The translations under genes and the position numbers were made by a program. From the NCBI GenBank assembly GCA_001655205.1, contig LPNZ01007498.1, positions 1-41,345 of the forward strand: a DNA stretch of 41,345 nucleotides, written 5' to 3'. This document shows, one piece after another, positions 22,765-34,295 of this stretch (positions are counted from its first letter, which is position 1; the number at the start of each line of letters is the position of its first letter). Origin of the DNA: Lenisia limosa. Lineage: Eukaryota > Protista > Breviatea. The notes beneath the pieces were generated by a model. It was given only the letters and a program-made list of their open reading frames with translations. It was not told where the DNA came from and did no database searches.

Positions 22765-25700
22765 TCTAACAACCACAAGAAGATTTGCCAAACCAAGCAC
22801 GAACAAGAAATCCCTTAAACAGCATTGGCATAATATCAAAACAAGAAACAGAAACACTACAGTCTACTCTCCCCTTCTCAAAAATGAGTCCACAGTTCCT
22901 GCATTAGCTGTAGCTCGAAGTACGCGAGCCAGCGCACTAAATACTATCAGATATTGAAACTTGCCAATAAGTGATTAATTTGTGTCTGTGAAAACAGAAT
23001 TGAAATTATGCTAATATCATTTCAAAACTGCAGCCTTATTAAAAAAATTCAGCCTTGTTTTTGCTCTCAAGACCCACGTGTACTCAGCTGAACCCAGGGC
23101 TTTGTGGTCGCCGAAAACCTCCATGATGGCACCTTCGGGAAGGCGGATAAACTGACGGTACAGTTCCTTGGTACTGAGCGGGATAAGTAGTCAAACAAGC
23201 CATTATAATGTAATAACAAACGGTAGGAAAGTTCAAATTGATCGCTCACCCATCAATGCCAAGAGTGAATATGCTCAAATGCGTGGTGATCTCATGGTAA
23301 GTCTCATCTTCAGGGTCCGTACTGTCATAGTCCCAGACCGCTACTTTTCGACGAGCACCGCTCTCTCCTCTCCAACTGGAAAATGAAAACACTAACAAAT
23401 GGGCTGCAACAACTTCGTCACTAGACCCCCCCCCCATCCCCCTTACCGCTCAGCCTTCTCACAAATATACCGCAGCTCCGAAACAGAGACTTCCTACACA
23501 AATGAGAAGAGGTAAAAAGTTATCAAATGAGAGTCCAGTTTGATATCGATAATAATATAACATGCCCCATACTGTATCGTGGGGAATGAAGAATGCACTT
23601 TGTCCTCCATAGAGGCGGCGATAAACATCCAAAAGCCGGCCGTCAAGATGAATCTGACAGAATCAACGGCATTCAAGGTATAATGAAGGGTATCACATGT
23701 GTATCTCACCTTCAAGAAGTACTGGTAGAGAATGAACAATGAGAACATGATCAAAAAGAGGAAAATGAAGATTGTGAGGAAGACTCCTGGTGCTCCATTG
23801 CCCTCACGCTCATCAAATCTGTGGGCAAATAAATACCTGAATCTCCAGTTTTGTACATGTAAAATATCATAGTCTACCTGTTATAAAGCTTGAAGGCGTC
23901 ACCTTCCCAATTCCGTGCAACTGACAAGTTTAAACATAACGTATAGAATGAAAAAACGAAAATAAAAAAGCCTCAAGTAGCAACATTTATTTCGCCTCTC
24001 ACTTATGTCACCCGCAAGAATAAGAAGAGGATCACAAACAACAACCAAACTCCAGCCAAGAATAAACTTCGAGCCTGCCTCGAAAAAGGTGTGCATCATC
24101 ACTGGAAAGTAAAATCTGGAAACGGTTGCACTCATTGTAGAAAAAGAGACAACTGACCCTGAGACAACACTGCGATGAGAATGAGGCCGACAAGAATGAG
24201 GATATTGAAGAGGGTACCCGCTGCCGTCATTCCAACTTCGTATTCAATGGACTAAATACGTGACTAAGGGTCTTCTGACGAGCATGTACTCCACGTTACA
24301 CTCCCCAAACCAGAACATCAGCACCATACTCCAGAATGAAGTGGTAGTAGTCAAATGAGAACTCGCCAATCGGAACCTTAAACGTCACCAGGCAGGCACA
24401 TGAAGGCACCAACCTCAGTCATCCAAAGGAAAGCGTACATGCCCAGGTAATGTGTGACCATGCGAAGGAATACAATGAGCTACAACAAGTGAAGACTACA
24501 GCAATGCAAATACGAAGATTGGAATTCGAAGACTAACATGGCACCCCCACAAACCCCAAGCATGACAATAATGGCCCAGAACTCCAAAGTTCTCCATTGG
24601 CTGAGGCCGATTTCAGCTCTCAATTGCCGACGCAGAAATTCAACCTGAACTGTCAATCCTAAAACTGCAGCTATCCACTTTTTGTAAGCAGAAATAAAAA
24701 AAATTAAGCTTTTTAACCCACCATCATTTATAAAGAAAATTGATCATGGGGTTACGATTTATACGACATACCTTCAGTCTGGCTTGCTTGTGTGGGGAGA
24801 TTCTCAACTGATCCATGCCCAAAGAGAACGTATGAGACTCCAATCTTTGCGCTTCAGTCAGAGGTTTGGACCTGCGTGGGGAGGGGTAAATGGGGGGAAA
24901 CTGTTGGCCAATGCCCCATAAAGATATAAAGACATCCCCCAACTTGAGCGCTAGATTTTTCGTTTTTGGAACAGAGAGGTGTGTTTCAAAGATGCTGTCA
25001 CCAGCTGGCTCATACTCCCGGGTTGTGATGCCAAGCTAGGGAATAAGTAGTGTTTGATGAATAGCTATGGAATAAGTAGGGTTTGAAGGAGTGTAGGACT
25101 AAATATTACGCCCCATTGCCAATCTTACCCCATCGACATCCACCCCATCAAGATCGAGGATAGGAGCACTGCTCTCTTCTCTCAGCAAATGGGTTTCCTC
25201 AGTATCATCATCTGAAAAATATTATATTGGGATAGCTATATGTATATAATAGTGAAAAAAACAAGCAATTACAAATAGAGAACAATTAACATTACTCAAT
25301 CATTCAGTTCCCTGTATCAGCTTAATCACCTGCTAACCTGAATTTCCATCTCTCTCAGGGAAGCCCATCAGCTTTGAGCTGTACTGAAGCTCGATTTCAT
25401 GTTCTTTCTGTCCGGCTGTGTATCGAGGAAGCGCTTTGGCTTCGAAATAGAGGTTTCCTTTTTAATAAATAGGGGAAATGAACTTATAGGCAATTTCCAG
25501 ATGAAGTAATAGTTCGACCACTCTCCCCCTCCCCCCAACCAAGCCAATGATCAAGAGATCGAGAATAGATTCGTTCGAACTTAGCATGAGAATCCACTGT
25601 TACATCAACCTATGGGAATAAAGTGGAGTAAACAAGAATACTGAGCACTTGGACAAAGATTTATACGAAATTAAGCTGATACCCAACAGAATTATGATGG

Positions 25701-28125
25701 AAAGATAGTGAATATCGACCCCTACCCTACCTCCCCTCTGAGCATTGGTACTTTGAATTTGCCTGTTGCTGCCTGGAATTCTGCTGAGACTGCCGGGAAC
25801 GCTCCCCACGCAACCACTCGATCCAGAGGACTGGCTGCTCCCTTGAGGAGGAAAAGCTCGAATACGTAAACCTGAAGGGTCAAATCGTCCCTGGTCAAGC
25901 TACTTCGGTACCAAAAAAGCCTGCTGTGCATCTCATCATTCAAGAAATATTGATATTTTTCTTAGATACAATATTAAACTATGACACACAGTATATACAT
26001 AGTATATATGATATCATACACTTTGAGCCTGAAAAGAAACAACAATTTACCATTCCAGGGTTGAGATTCGGCTGGGGTGGAAGGACGGTGTAGAGGTTTT
26101 GGTTGAAGTTGACTTCTCGATCATAGAACCGGCCTTCATGTCGAGTGGCCAACGTGGCTCCCGCCCACTCCTGCAAAATTAATATTGTTGCATTGCAATG
26201 ATTGGCCTCCTCACCTGTCCTTTCAGCTTGGACCATCTCAAAGCCGTACCACCAAGTCGGTCATAGAGCGATACAAGTAGAACGTATCTATACAATATTG
26301 AAAAAAAAAAACATACACCAAAACAATATGGTGACGGCCAAACCTTCCTCGAGGAACCCGGTCTTTCAATGCACGTATAAGTGAAACCTGTAGAGTTATA
26401 AGGAGGTGATATTCAATATTTGATTCAGTCTCGCTAAACCATGCACCTTGATTTGGACAGGCTGTGGGCTGAGCGCCCAGTCAACCTGCCATCTACGCCC
26501 CTTGACAGCACCGGAAGTACCGTCAGCGGACACGAGATCACCATACAGGGCTTGGACCTCTCCTTGTCGGACCTTGAGCACCGACTTCAGCTGGTCTTCA
26601 GCTCTTCGGAAAGCCTAAATGCAATTATTCAAAGAAGAAAAAAAAAGATTTAATCAAACTTTGCCAAGTTTTTCTGATCTGATTTTGTCTTGTTCAATAC
26701 GGCTCTTTTCGCGCTCCTGTGCTCTACGGAGGAAATAAGAATTAGAAGGGAGAAACACCAAATTAAGGCTCAAAACCCTCCTACTGCTGATCCATCCTTT
26801 TGGCTTCTCCCATAAGTCGAAGACGGGCTGTTCTTTCCTGAACTACAAAACGGTGAACAATGACAAGAACTGCTGATTGGAAGTGCATGCCAACCTTCGA
26901 CATTTTCAAGATCCATTCTCAGTCGCTCTTGCCTCTGGACCTCTTCTTCAAGTCGCTGGCGCTCGAGGTTTTGTTCCTTAAGCGTCACCAATATTATCCA
27001 AAACACGCCTGTGACATGAACAAACCTGTTCATGGGCGTCCTGAATTGAGATTGCTCCGATCATCAAAACATCATCCTCAACATCCTGGTCAAAGGATTC
27101 CGAAACATGGCGTGACATTGCTGAAATATATGAGGTAAAGCGGGCAAGTGAAAATCAGGGATCTTTCAACACAAAGTTCTTCTCACGTTTCTCTACTTCT
27201 CTCCGTAGGTTTTGGATTTTGTTTCTAAACTTTTGCTCTCTCAAACGCCGTCTAAAAAGGCATAAAAAAACATGATCCAGACATTGAGCAAATTAATTAT
27301 GTCATTTACAATTACAAAATTTGCTCAATGATATTCTCCTAACTTGTATCCTCTGCACTACAAAAGTAAAAACTCACTCCTGGATAATGGCATTGACAGT
27401 GGCCTCATCATCGCTTTCTAAAACCATTGGAACAAACGACATGGATAATAATAATAGATTAGGGCATTGTGTCATTTTGAAATGATCTAATTAAGAACAC
27501 AATTCAAGCAATTATACGTCATATAAAAAAAAGTTAAAATAAGAAATAAAACAAGGGAGTGTCTGGCAGAAACCGTCCACACCCATCACAGTTTTTTTTT
27601 TTGCAAAACAAAAACAAAAAATCGGAAACAAGATGTCATATAAACTTCCAAAAGAAAGTAATGAGACCATTATAACCAGCAACAGGACATACCACTTTGG
27701 TCACCATCGTGCTGAGACCTATAGAGTGAATAGAAAGCGCAGAAAATATACGCGATGAAAGTTAGCTGACGTATATGAATGGTTGCTTCATAAATCACCT
27801 CCAATATCAAGATGTTACAAACCTTTCGCTTTCTTCAGGTTCATTGACAAGAGGCTGAGCATTTGATATCCTCCGGCCGGATTGGGGGCGTGAGGCTGAT
27901 ATTGGCCGTTTGGCTGATGTTGGGCGCGGAATCGGAGATGGCCCTGAGGAACGCCGTAAGATTAAGAGTGTAAATCTGGATCTAGCCTTTCCGAACCACA
28001 ATACAATATCTCTTGGGACAGTTTGAAGGCGACGTACCTGATCGAGGCCCATCAAGCGAAGGTTCAGCCCTGGTTGCTGAAGTGGGCCGACTTCGAGTGC
28101 CAGATCCTGGCCGGCTGGCTTCCAT
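22765..28125 (-). CDS. OFCC1: OFCC1-like multi-pass membrane protein with N-terminal disordered and coiled-coil region
   Basis: Colinear OFCC1-type blocks: WQVDWALSPQPVQIK; RALKDRVPRGR; RHEGRFYDREVNFNQNLYTVLP; FELFLLKGAASPLDRVVAWGAFP; GKFKVPMLRG; SLDHWL|GNLYF; hydrophobic TM exons at 23700-24650; IHLDGRLLDVYRRL; EVSVSELRYICEKAER|WRGESGARRKVAVWDY; KELYRQFIRLPEGAIMEVFGD. ATG at 28125 (MEASRPGSG). The last exon is uncertain. Confidence 0.8.
27541..27588 (+). repeat. Interspersed ~65-nt repeat, copy E (OFCC1 intron; diverged)
   Basis: aagaaataaaacaagggagtgtctggcagaaaccgtccacacccatcac. Confidence 0.7.
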
Positions 28126-28523
28126 TTTCTGTTATAACTCGTTTGCTTCGTTAGTGAACCAAGGGGATGAGCAGGAGTCGAACTAATTCATTACATTACC
28201 GACAATTATTCTTCTACTAACGCAAGAATAATTTCAATATTTCAATATTTCTCAATACATAAATCGATAAATCTGATTTTTGAAATTTTAGTTTTTTTGG
28301 TGAGGCAGCGGTGATCATGATGATCCATCTGGTTGATTTGTAACAAATCCCCCCTCCCCCCCATTTGTCTATTCAATCCTAAGCCCCAGCCCGCTAGAAT
28401 CCCGGCCTACCAACCACCCACTTCAACTTCACCCCGCCCCTTCAACTGAACCAGTGAACCAGTAAAGGTTAAAGGGAAGGGATCCCCAGCTTGAGAGACC
28501 GGCCATAAATATAGACGCGTGCA

Positions 28524-31500
28524 ATGGATGTGAATTCTGAGCCCTTTGTACCTCAAAAGAAGGAGACTTGTAGGCGTTAAATCTCTTTCTTGGATGCTAT
28601 AAGGATATATCTGTCTTCATATAGTAGCTATATCATATATACATGTATATATATATANNNNNNNNNNNNNNNNNNNNNNNNNNNNNNNNNNNNNNNNNNN
28701 NNNNNNNNNNNNNNNNNNNNNNNNNNNNNNNNNNNNNNNNNNNNNNNNTAACTTGTCGCAAAATAGGTGTTTTTTTTTCTCAAAAGTATCTGAATATTAT
28801 TCTGCGCAAAAAAACACCATTTGTAATACCATGTAAAATCAGTGCATCAAAACGATGAAAATTCTAGTAATTAGTTGGCCTGCCCCCCCCCCCCNNNNNN
28901 NNNNNNNNNNNNNNNNNNNNNNNNNNNNNNNNNNNNNNNNNNNNNNNNNNNNNNNNNNNNNNNNNNNNNNNNNNNNNNNNNNNNNNNNTAGGTTTCTTAT
29001 CTCTTTTTGAGGTGATTTCTCGACAACCGTCTTCACCATATTCATATTTATCTTTATCTTTACCACCTCCATAATATATGTACACCACCTTTACCATCTT
29101 TTCCATCATCATCAAGCTGTTTTATAGTTGAAGTTGGTGAATGAAAAAAAAAAAGAAAAATCAAAATGTATGCCAAAACATACTCGTTTTTATACATATT
29201 TTGCGAAAGGTTATTTTAAACATTACTAATGTAGCTCACTCTGGTAATCTGCACTTTCTTTACATATTAGTCCGCATAGTGAAGAATATTTTGTTATTAT
29301 TTGTGTCATACCAATACCAAAGTACAGATTACTGCTACACTGTTCATTATTTGCTATATGGGTCTTATTAATGGTTTAAATCGAATAAAATTCACATTTC
29401 TATTTCTCACTTGTAGGCTCTGTCGAGAATGAAAGAGGAAGAGGTGGCTGGAGAGGAGGAAAAGGAAGAGGCGGAGGAAGAGGGAATCAATCTGCTAAAA
29501 AAGAAGAAGGCGAAGCCTCAGAGAAAGGAGGCCGGGGAAGGGGTCGCGGTCGTGGAAAGGGAAGAGGAAGGGGTGGGACAAGTTATCGTAACACTGCGAA
29601 ACCTGATAAAAACTCAGATTCCCCAAGGGGAAGGGGAAGAAATGATAGAGGAAGAGGTCGCGGCCGCGGAAGGAATTATCAGTCAAAGTCTAATGAAGTT
29701 GAGGAAGAGGAAAATGATGAAGTTAAAAAAGAATCCCGAGGACCCTCGAAGAGACAGGAAAGGAGAATGCAAAAGGATATGTGTGTTGAATCAGTAAGAG
29801 GGTCATATGTAAACTAGAATGGAGGGGGAATGCTTGTCTTGTTATCTTTTCAAGGCAGTTTTCATTTTGACAGTGTTTTATAATCACATGAAATTGATTG
29901 AGCTTTACTTCAAAGTACAATGTCGATATTATTCTTTACACGTTTTTGTTATCGAAGTGAAAGTCTTACTGATCTTGTAGAAGAAAGTCATCGAAAAGAC
30001 AGTTCCAAAGGTACCAAGAGAAAGGGTTGCACCATCACAAGCACCAATTGTAGGCTACATTTTCGGATATGGCGTTTTCACATATTTCTCAGCGAACGAT
30101 ATCTGCCGATATTAACTCACTGGAACTGTTCCATGATGAGAGGTTCACGAAAAATAGGTAAGATTTTCCTCTTTTTATTTATGAAATACCAGTGACACAC
30201 CCCTTGCCTTCACAATCCAAATTGAACCCGAGGATCCGGATTGGGATGAACTTGGTGTACCCATTGACTCCATAACTGTTAAGGTAGGCCTATCGCTATT
30301 CAAGTTCTATCTACCCGACAGACCTGAAATGAAAACCTGACCTTTGGATAAAAAAAAACAATAGAACTATTGTTTTATTCATTTGAGTTTTCAATATTCC
30401 TCGCTAAGATCAGGAAAATAGTTATTCTGTCAATGCTACCAAATACTGACGAGATCAGAGCTCTCTCCTGAAGAATTCTTCTCCTTTTAAACGAAGTTTA
30501 GTTTACGATTCCTGAGGAAGGCTTCCCTGTAGAAAAGATACCGAAAATTGTTGTTGATGATGAAGGTCTTCCGCCCCTACTTCAAAAGTGGGTGTTTCAG
30601 TTCAAATTTCACTTTTACACTCTAGTCGAGTTGCCATGAACCTCAGAGCACAGTGTCGCCTTTTGAAGTCCCCTTCTTCTTATCTTTTCAATTTAGTCAA
30701 CTGGGCAGCGAATAACCTTGCCGATTTGCTTCTTATGGAAAGCCAGGAAGAGAAAATGAAGGTTTGAAATGCAAATCTCAAAAAAGATTAATGATAGATA
30801 TTGATTGTTTTACTCCCCAGGTCTCTGCTGAAAGAGCGGGAATTTCTTTCGTTGACCCTAACCAAAAAAAGGTATGTTAGGGTTAGAGGAGCTGAGGAGG
30901 ATTTGACTGCCGACCTGTTTTTTTGAAAAAAACACTCTTTCACCATCCACTTAGAGCGTTGAAAAAACTATTAAAGATATTGAGCATTTGAAGGTTGGAA
31001 GACAAAAAAGTGGAATATGAAATGGCTTCAACATTTCATCAGAAGCTTATAACTTTTAGATTGAAGAGGAGGAGGAGCAAGAAGGAAGTTCAGAAGAAGA
31101 TGAAGAAGATGAAGAATCTGACTTGGATGAGTCAGCTGACTCTGAGAGTGAAGGCCAAAGCTCAGAGGAAGAGGACGTCAGCACCCGCGCGGTACCCCTG
31201 GATGTACCAAAGCTCTCAGCTACTGCAATGCGTATTATCTGTGATGGTTGGGTTAGAATAGTGTTACTTATTATTTTCAAGGATTTGAACTGAAGGATGG
31301 AATTGGAACTGTATCTTGCCCCAGATTGAGCATTATTGGCAGATGCAAACGGTTTGACTTACATGTTAGATATACTTTGTTTCACAAAGTTTGACTAATT
31401 TAATAACTCCTGACAGTTGTGGTGATTCTATTGATACTTCTCTTGATGCTGAAAATGAAAGTTTTCCGTGTCCACATTGCCAAAACAAGCTTGGGGCATT

Positions 31501-32594
31501 CTACTACCCCCGTATGTTGGAAGCTTTGATATTCTCCACTGAGCATCTTTGTCCACAATCGAGACTTATGTTCTAGAGTTGATGCATCATGCTTCTAATG
31601 TTGTTGGCTTCTTAGACCTTAAAGGATGGGCTCCTGTTGACCTCGCACCGTGTAACTGGATCGTGGGATTGGAACGTAGTTTGTACCAAGACGTCTTTAA
31701 AAAAATTTGTAACTTTGGCAGATTTCTTGTTTTGAGTGCAACAAAAAGAGGATTGCAGAATCAATATCAAAGACCTCCTCTTTCATAAATTCGAGTTGCC
31801 ACACATGTCACACGAAGCAGGTTTGAAGGATCTGATAGGAAACTAATATTTTTCTGAGGGTGTTAAGAAAGTACAAAGTGAACATTGTTTGCACCATTAT
31901 CCTCAGGTTATTCGTCTCTACGTTGCTGTCCGATTTGCAAAGGTTCCAGTTCAAGCATTTAGGTATTGGACTTTTTTAGTGACTTATTTTCACAAATAGA
32001 AAGAAGTCAAGCCTGACAGATGCGGAGATTGAGGCCAACAAAGCAAGGAGCAAAGTAAAGAAAGAGAACTCTTTGGGACTCGTCAAAGGGGAGCCGTTGG
32101 ATAAAAATGGTGAGTCACTGATACACATTACTAACTAGAGAAGGTACATGTAAACACTACTCAAAGTCTTACCGCTGGATGAGGTTCCCATGCTGTGGCC
32201 GTGCTTTCCCCTGTGATGTTTGCCATGACATTGCTACTGGTCATCCATGCGAGGTGGGTTATTTCCTGATGTTGAATGGCAATATAAGACTGCCAGTAAT
32301 ATTTTGATGTATTCAGAGGGCCAATCGGATGATTTGCGGATTTTGTTCATCCGAGCAGCAGTTTAGTGATAAGTCCTGTTCATACTGCAGTTCAAATACG
32401 CACAAATGTTAGTGGTTCATTACTATTTTATACATTACTATTCTGTCTTGGTATCATTTACCCCCACAGCTTCAAGCGGTACGAGGTACTGGGAAGGAGG
32501 TCAGGGTATGAGGGATGTTAGCCGCTTGGACAAAACAGATCAGAAGAGAAAACGAAAAGGTGCAGGCAAGACTACAAGCAACAAAGCAAAGTAA
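28524..32594 (+). CDS. RGG-rich, RWD-like, C-terminal CHY zinc-finger protein
   Basis: MDVNSEPFVPQKKET|C splices in frame into an RGG/RGR-rich exon (29419-29770). It continues with EPEDPDWDELG and FTIPEEGFP (RWD-like), an acidic tract, CPHCQNK, and C-terminal GTCKHYSKSYRWMRFPCCGRAFPCDVCHD...CE|ANRMICGFCSSEQ...CSYC|...YWEGGQGMRD...KGAGKTTSNKAK*. The CHY finger and WEGG-G-R tail match a widespread eukaryotic CHY-protein family. Confidence 0.85.
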
Positions 32595-32860
32595 GCTTGT
32601 GAACCTCTTGGTCTAACAGAATTGAGTTCAAATAATCCAATGTAGGAAAAGAAATGATATGCAAAAGGGTAAAAAAAGCCGAACACTTGTCAAAGCGAAA
32701 GCTGCTGAATCATAACATTGCATTCATGATGATAGAAAAAAGTAACTAACTTCTTGTTCTTACTCGACGTGAATAAACTGTTTTTTTTTGTTTCAAACCT
32801 AAGCATGTGAGTGTCAATCTTCCAAATGCTACAATACTCTCATACACCACCTCTTACTTA

Positions 32861-33928
32861 TTAACCGTTGGAGATCTCAGTCTTCTTTTGGTTTTGATTC
32901 AATTTGGGGAAGAACATAGCAACTAAATACACCAAGAAGGATGCCAAAGACAGCAGAGACAGAACACACCAAAGGGAGAACGCTCATAGGTACACCAAGG
33001 AAAAGGGGTTCTAAAACTAGGAGGTCAGGTCACATTCATAATATCTGATAATTGAAAAGGTAAAATTATTGCCGTACTTATATTATAAGGAACAGGTATT
33101 GATGAAGCGGTTGGATCTGAGCTGTAGCCTCTCCACGAAGAAGTTAAATGGATAATATTTCTTGGCATGCTAGACTAAACAAAGTGAGTGTTAATATTGC
33201 CAAAGTTCCTCATGAATCCCTAGCACAAGACTGGTTTAGGAGGACGTGGTTATTACGCATGGTCTTATGTACTTATTCATTAATCTACATATTCCCACTC
33301 CTTTGAAGCCTAAATCGTATTGACATCCTCGAGGGAGAATAGAATATGACTTATTCAATATGGATAGAATCTCCCTTGTCCAGTTTCAAGAGAGACTTTA
33401 CTGCAAAAAAAACCCCCAACTAAACTGAGGGTGCTCCAGAAACCTTACTGGATTCATAGGAACATAGTTGTTTTATAAATACATATTTGAAGTTGAAAAA
33501 TTGCCAGAATTTCACTTATCATGTTTAAAAATATAAATATTAGTTTTAAAGGGATAGGGTACATAAGATTTTACTCCCTTCTACTGAATGCTGACCTCAA
33601 TATTGCCATAACAGTCAGTATGGAAGATGGACTTCTCCACATCCAAGAGGGTCCTGCCAGGTACTCGCGGAATGTCCAACCGCATCTCAACGGGAAACTT
33701 AAAGGTGAACATCAATGACCTTAAATGCCATTATTTTGAACCTACTGTTGCAGGGTATGATATCTTGACTTCATAGGCTGAACTTGGCTCCATCCCAGCC
33801 GCTTCAAAAGACATTTGTGACCCGGGTACTATTTCCAGAGATAACTCTTTCCATGGCTCAATGAGAATATAAGTGGAAAAGCACTGTTTGAGGAGCACTA
33901 CTAGCAAGAAAGCGACAAGAGACTTCAT
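32861..33928 (-). CDS. Type I membrane protein, PGA1-like (GPI mannosyltransferase II accessory subunit)
   Basis: Signal peptide MKSLVAFLLVVLLKQCFS; GMEPSSAYEVKISYPAT, resembling the L-P---YEVKISYPA motif of PGA1-like proteins; C-terminal TM segment GVPMSVLPLVCSVSAVFGILLGVFSCYVL followed by a short tail. Confidence 0.55.
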
Positions 33929-34295
33929 CGTCTGTTATCCGTGGCTGTGGTGAATCTAGGGAAACTTGTTTATATTTATACCCTTATGGTGAATAGGGGG
34001 AGGGGGGAAAAGGGACGTGGAAGACGGAAACTCCTCCTCTACCCTCCTGCCTATAAAAACAACAACAACCAATCAAACTCAATCAAACTCTGGACTGCCA
34101 ATGGATCATATCTTGGGGGGGAAAGTCTTTTGGGGGTATAGCCCTAAATCCCTGCAGTGTACTCATTGTTTAGGTAAAAAAAAATTCTGGAAATTCCACC
34201 AGGATTCGAACAGGGATTACAATATAATTATCATTTTTGTATAGTTAAAGATAAATTAATCAATTACACCTTCATCTCAGCAAAGCAGCTCAAAA

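Noticed and set aside
29429-29797. Glu-rich ORF MKEEEVAGEEE...
   Set aside because: It is an alternative frame of the RGG exon. Splice phase from exon 1 supports the RGG frame.
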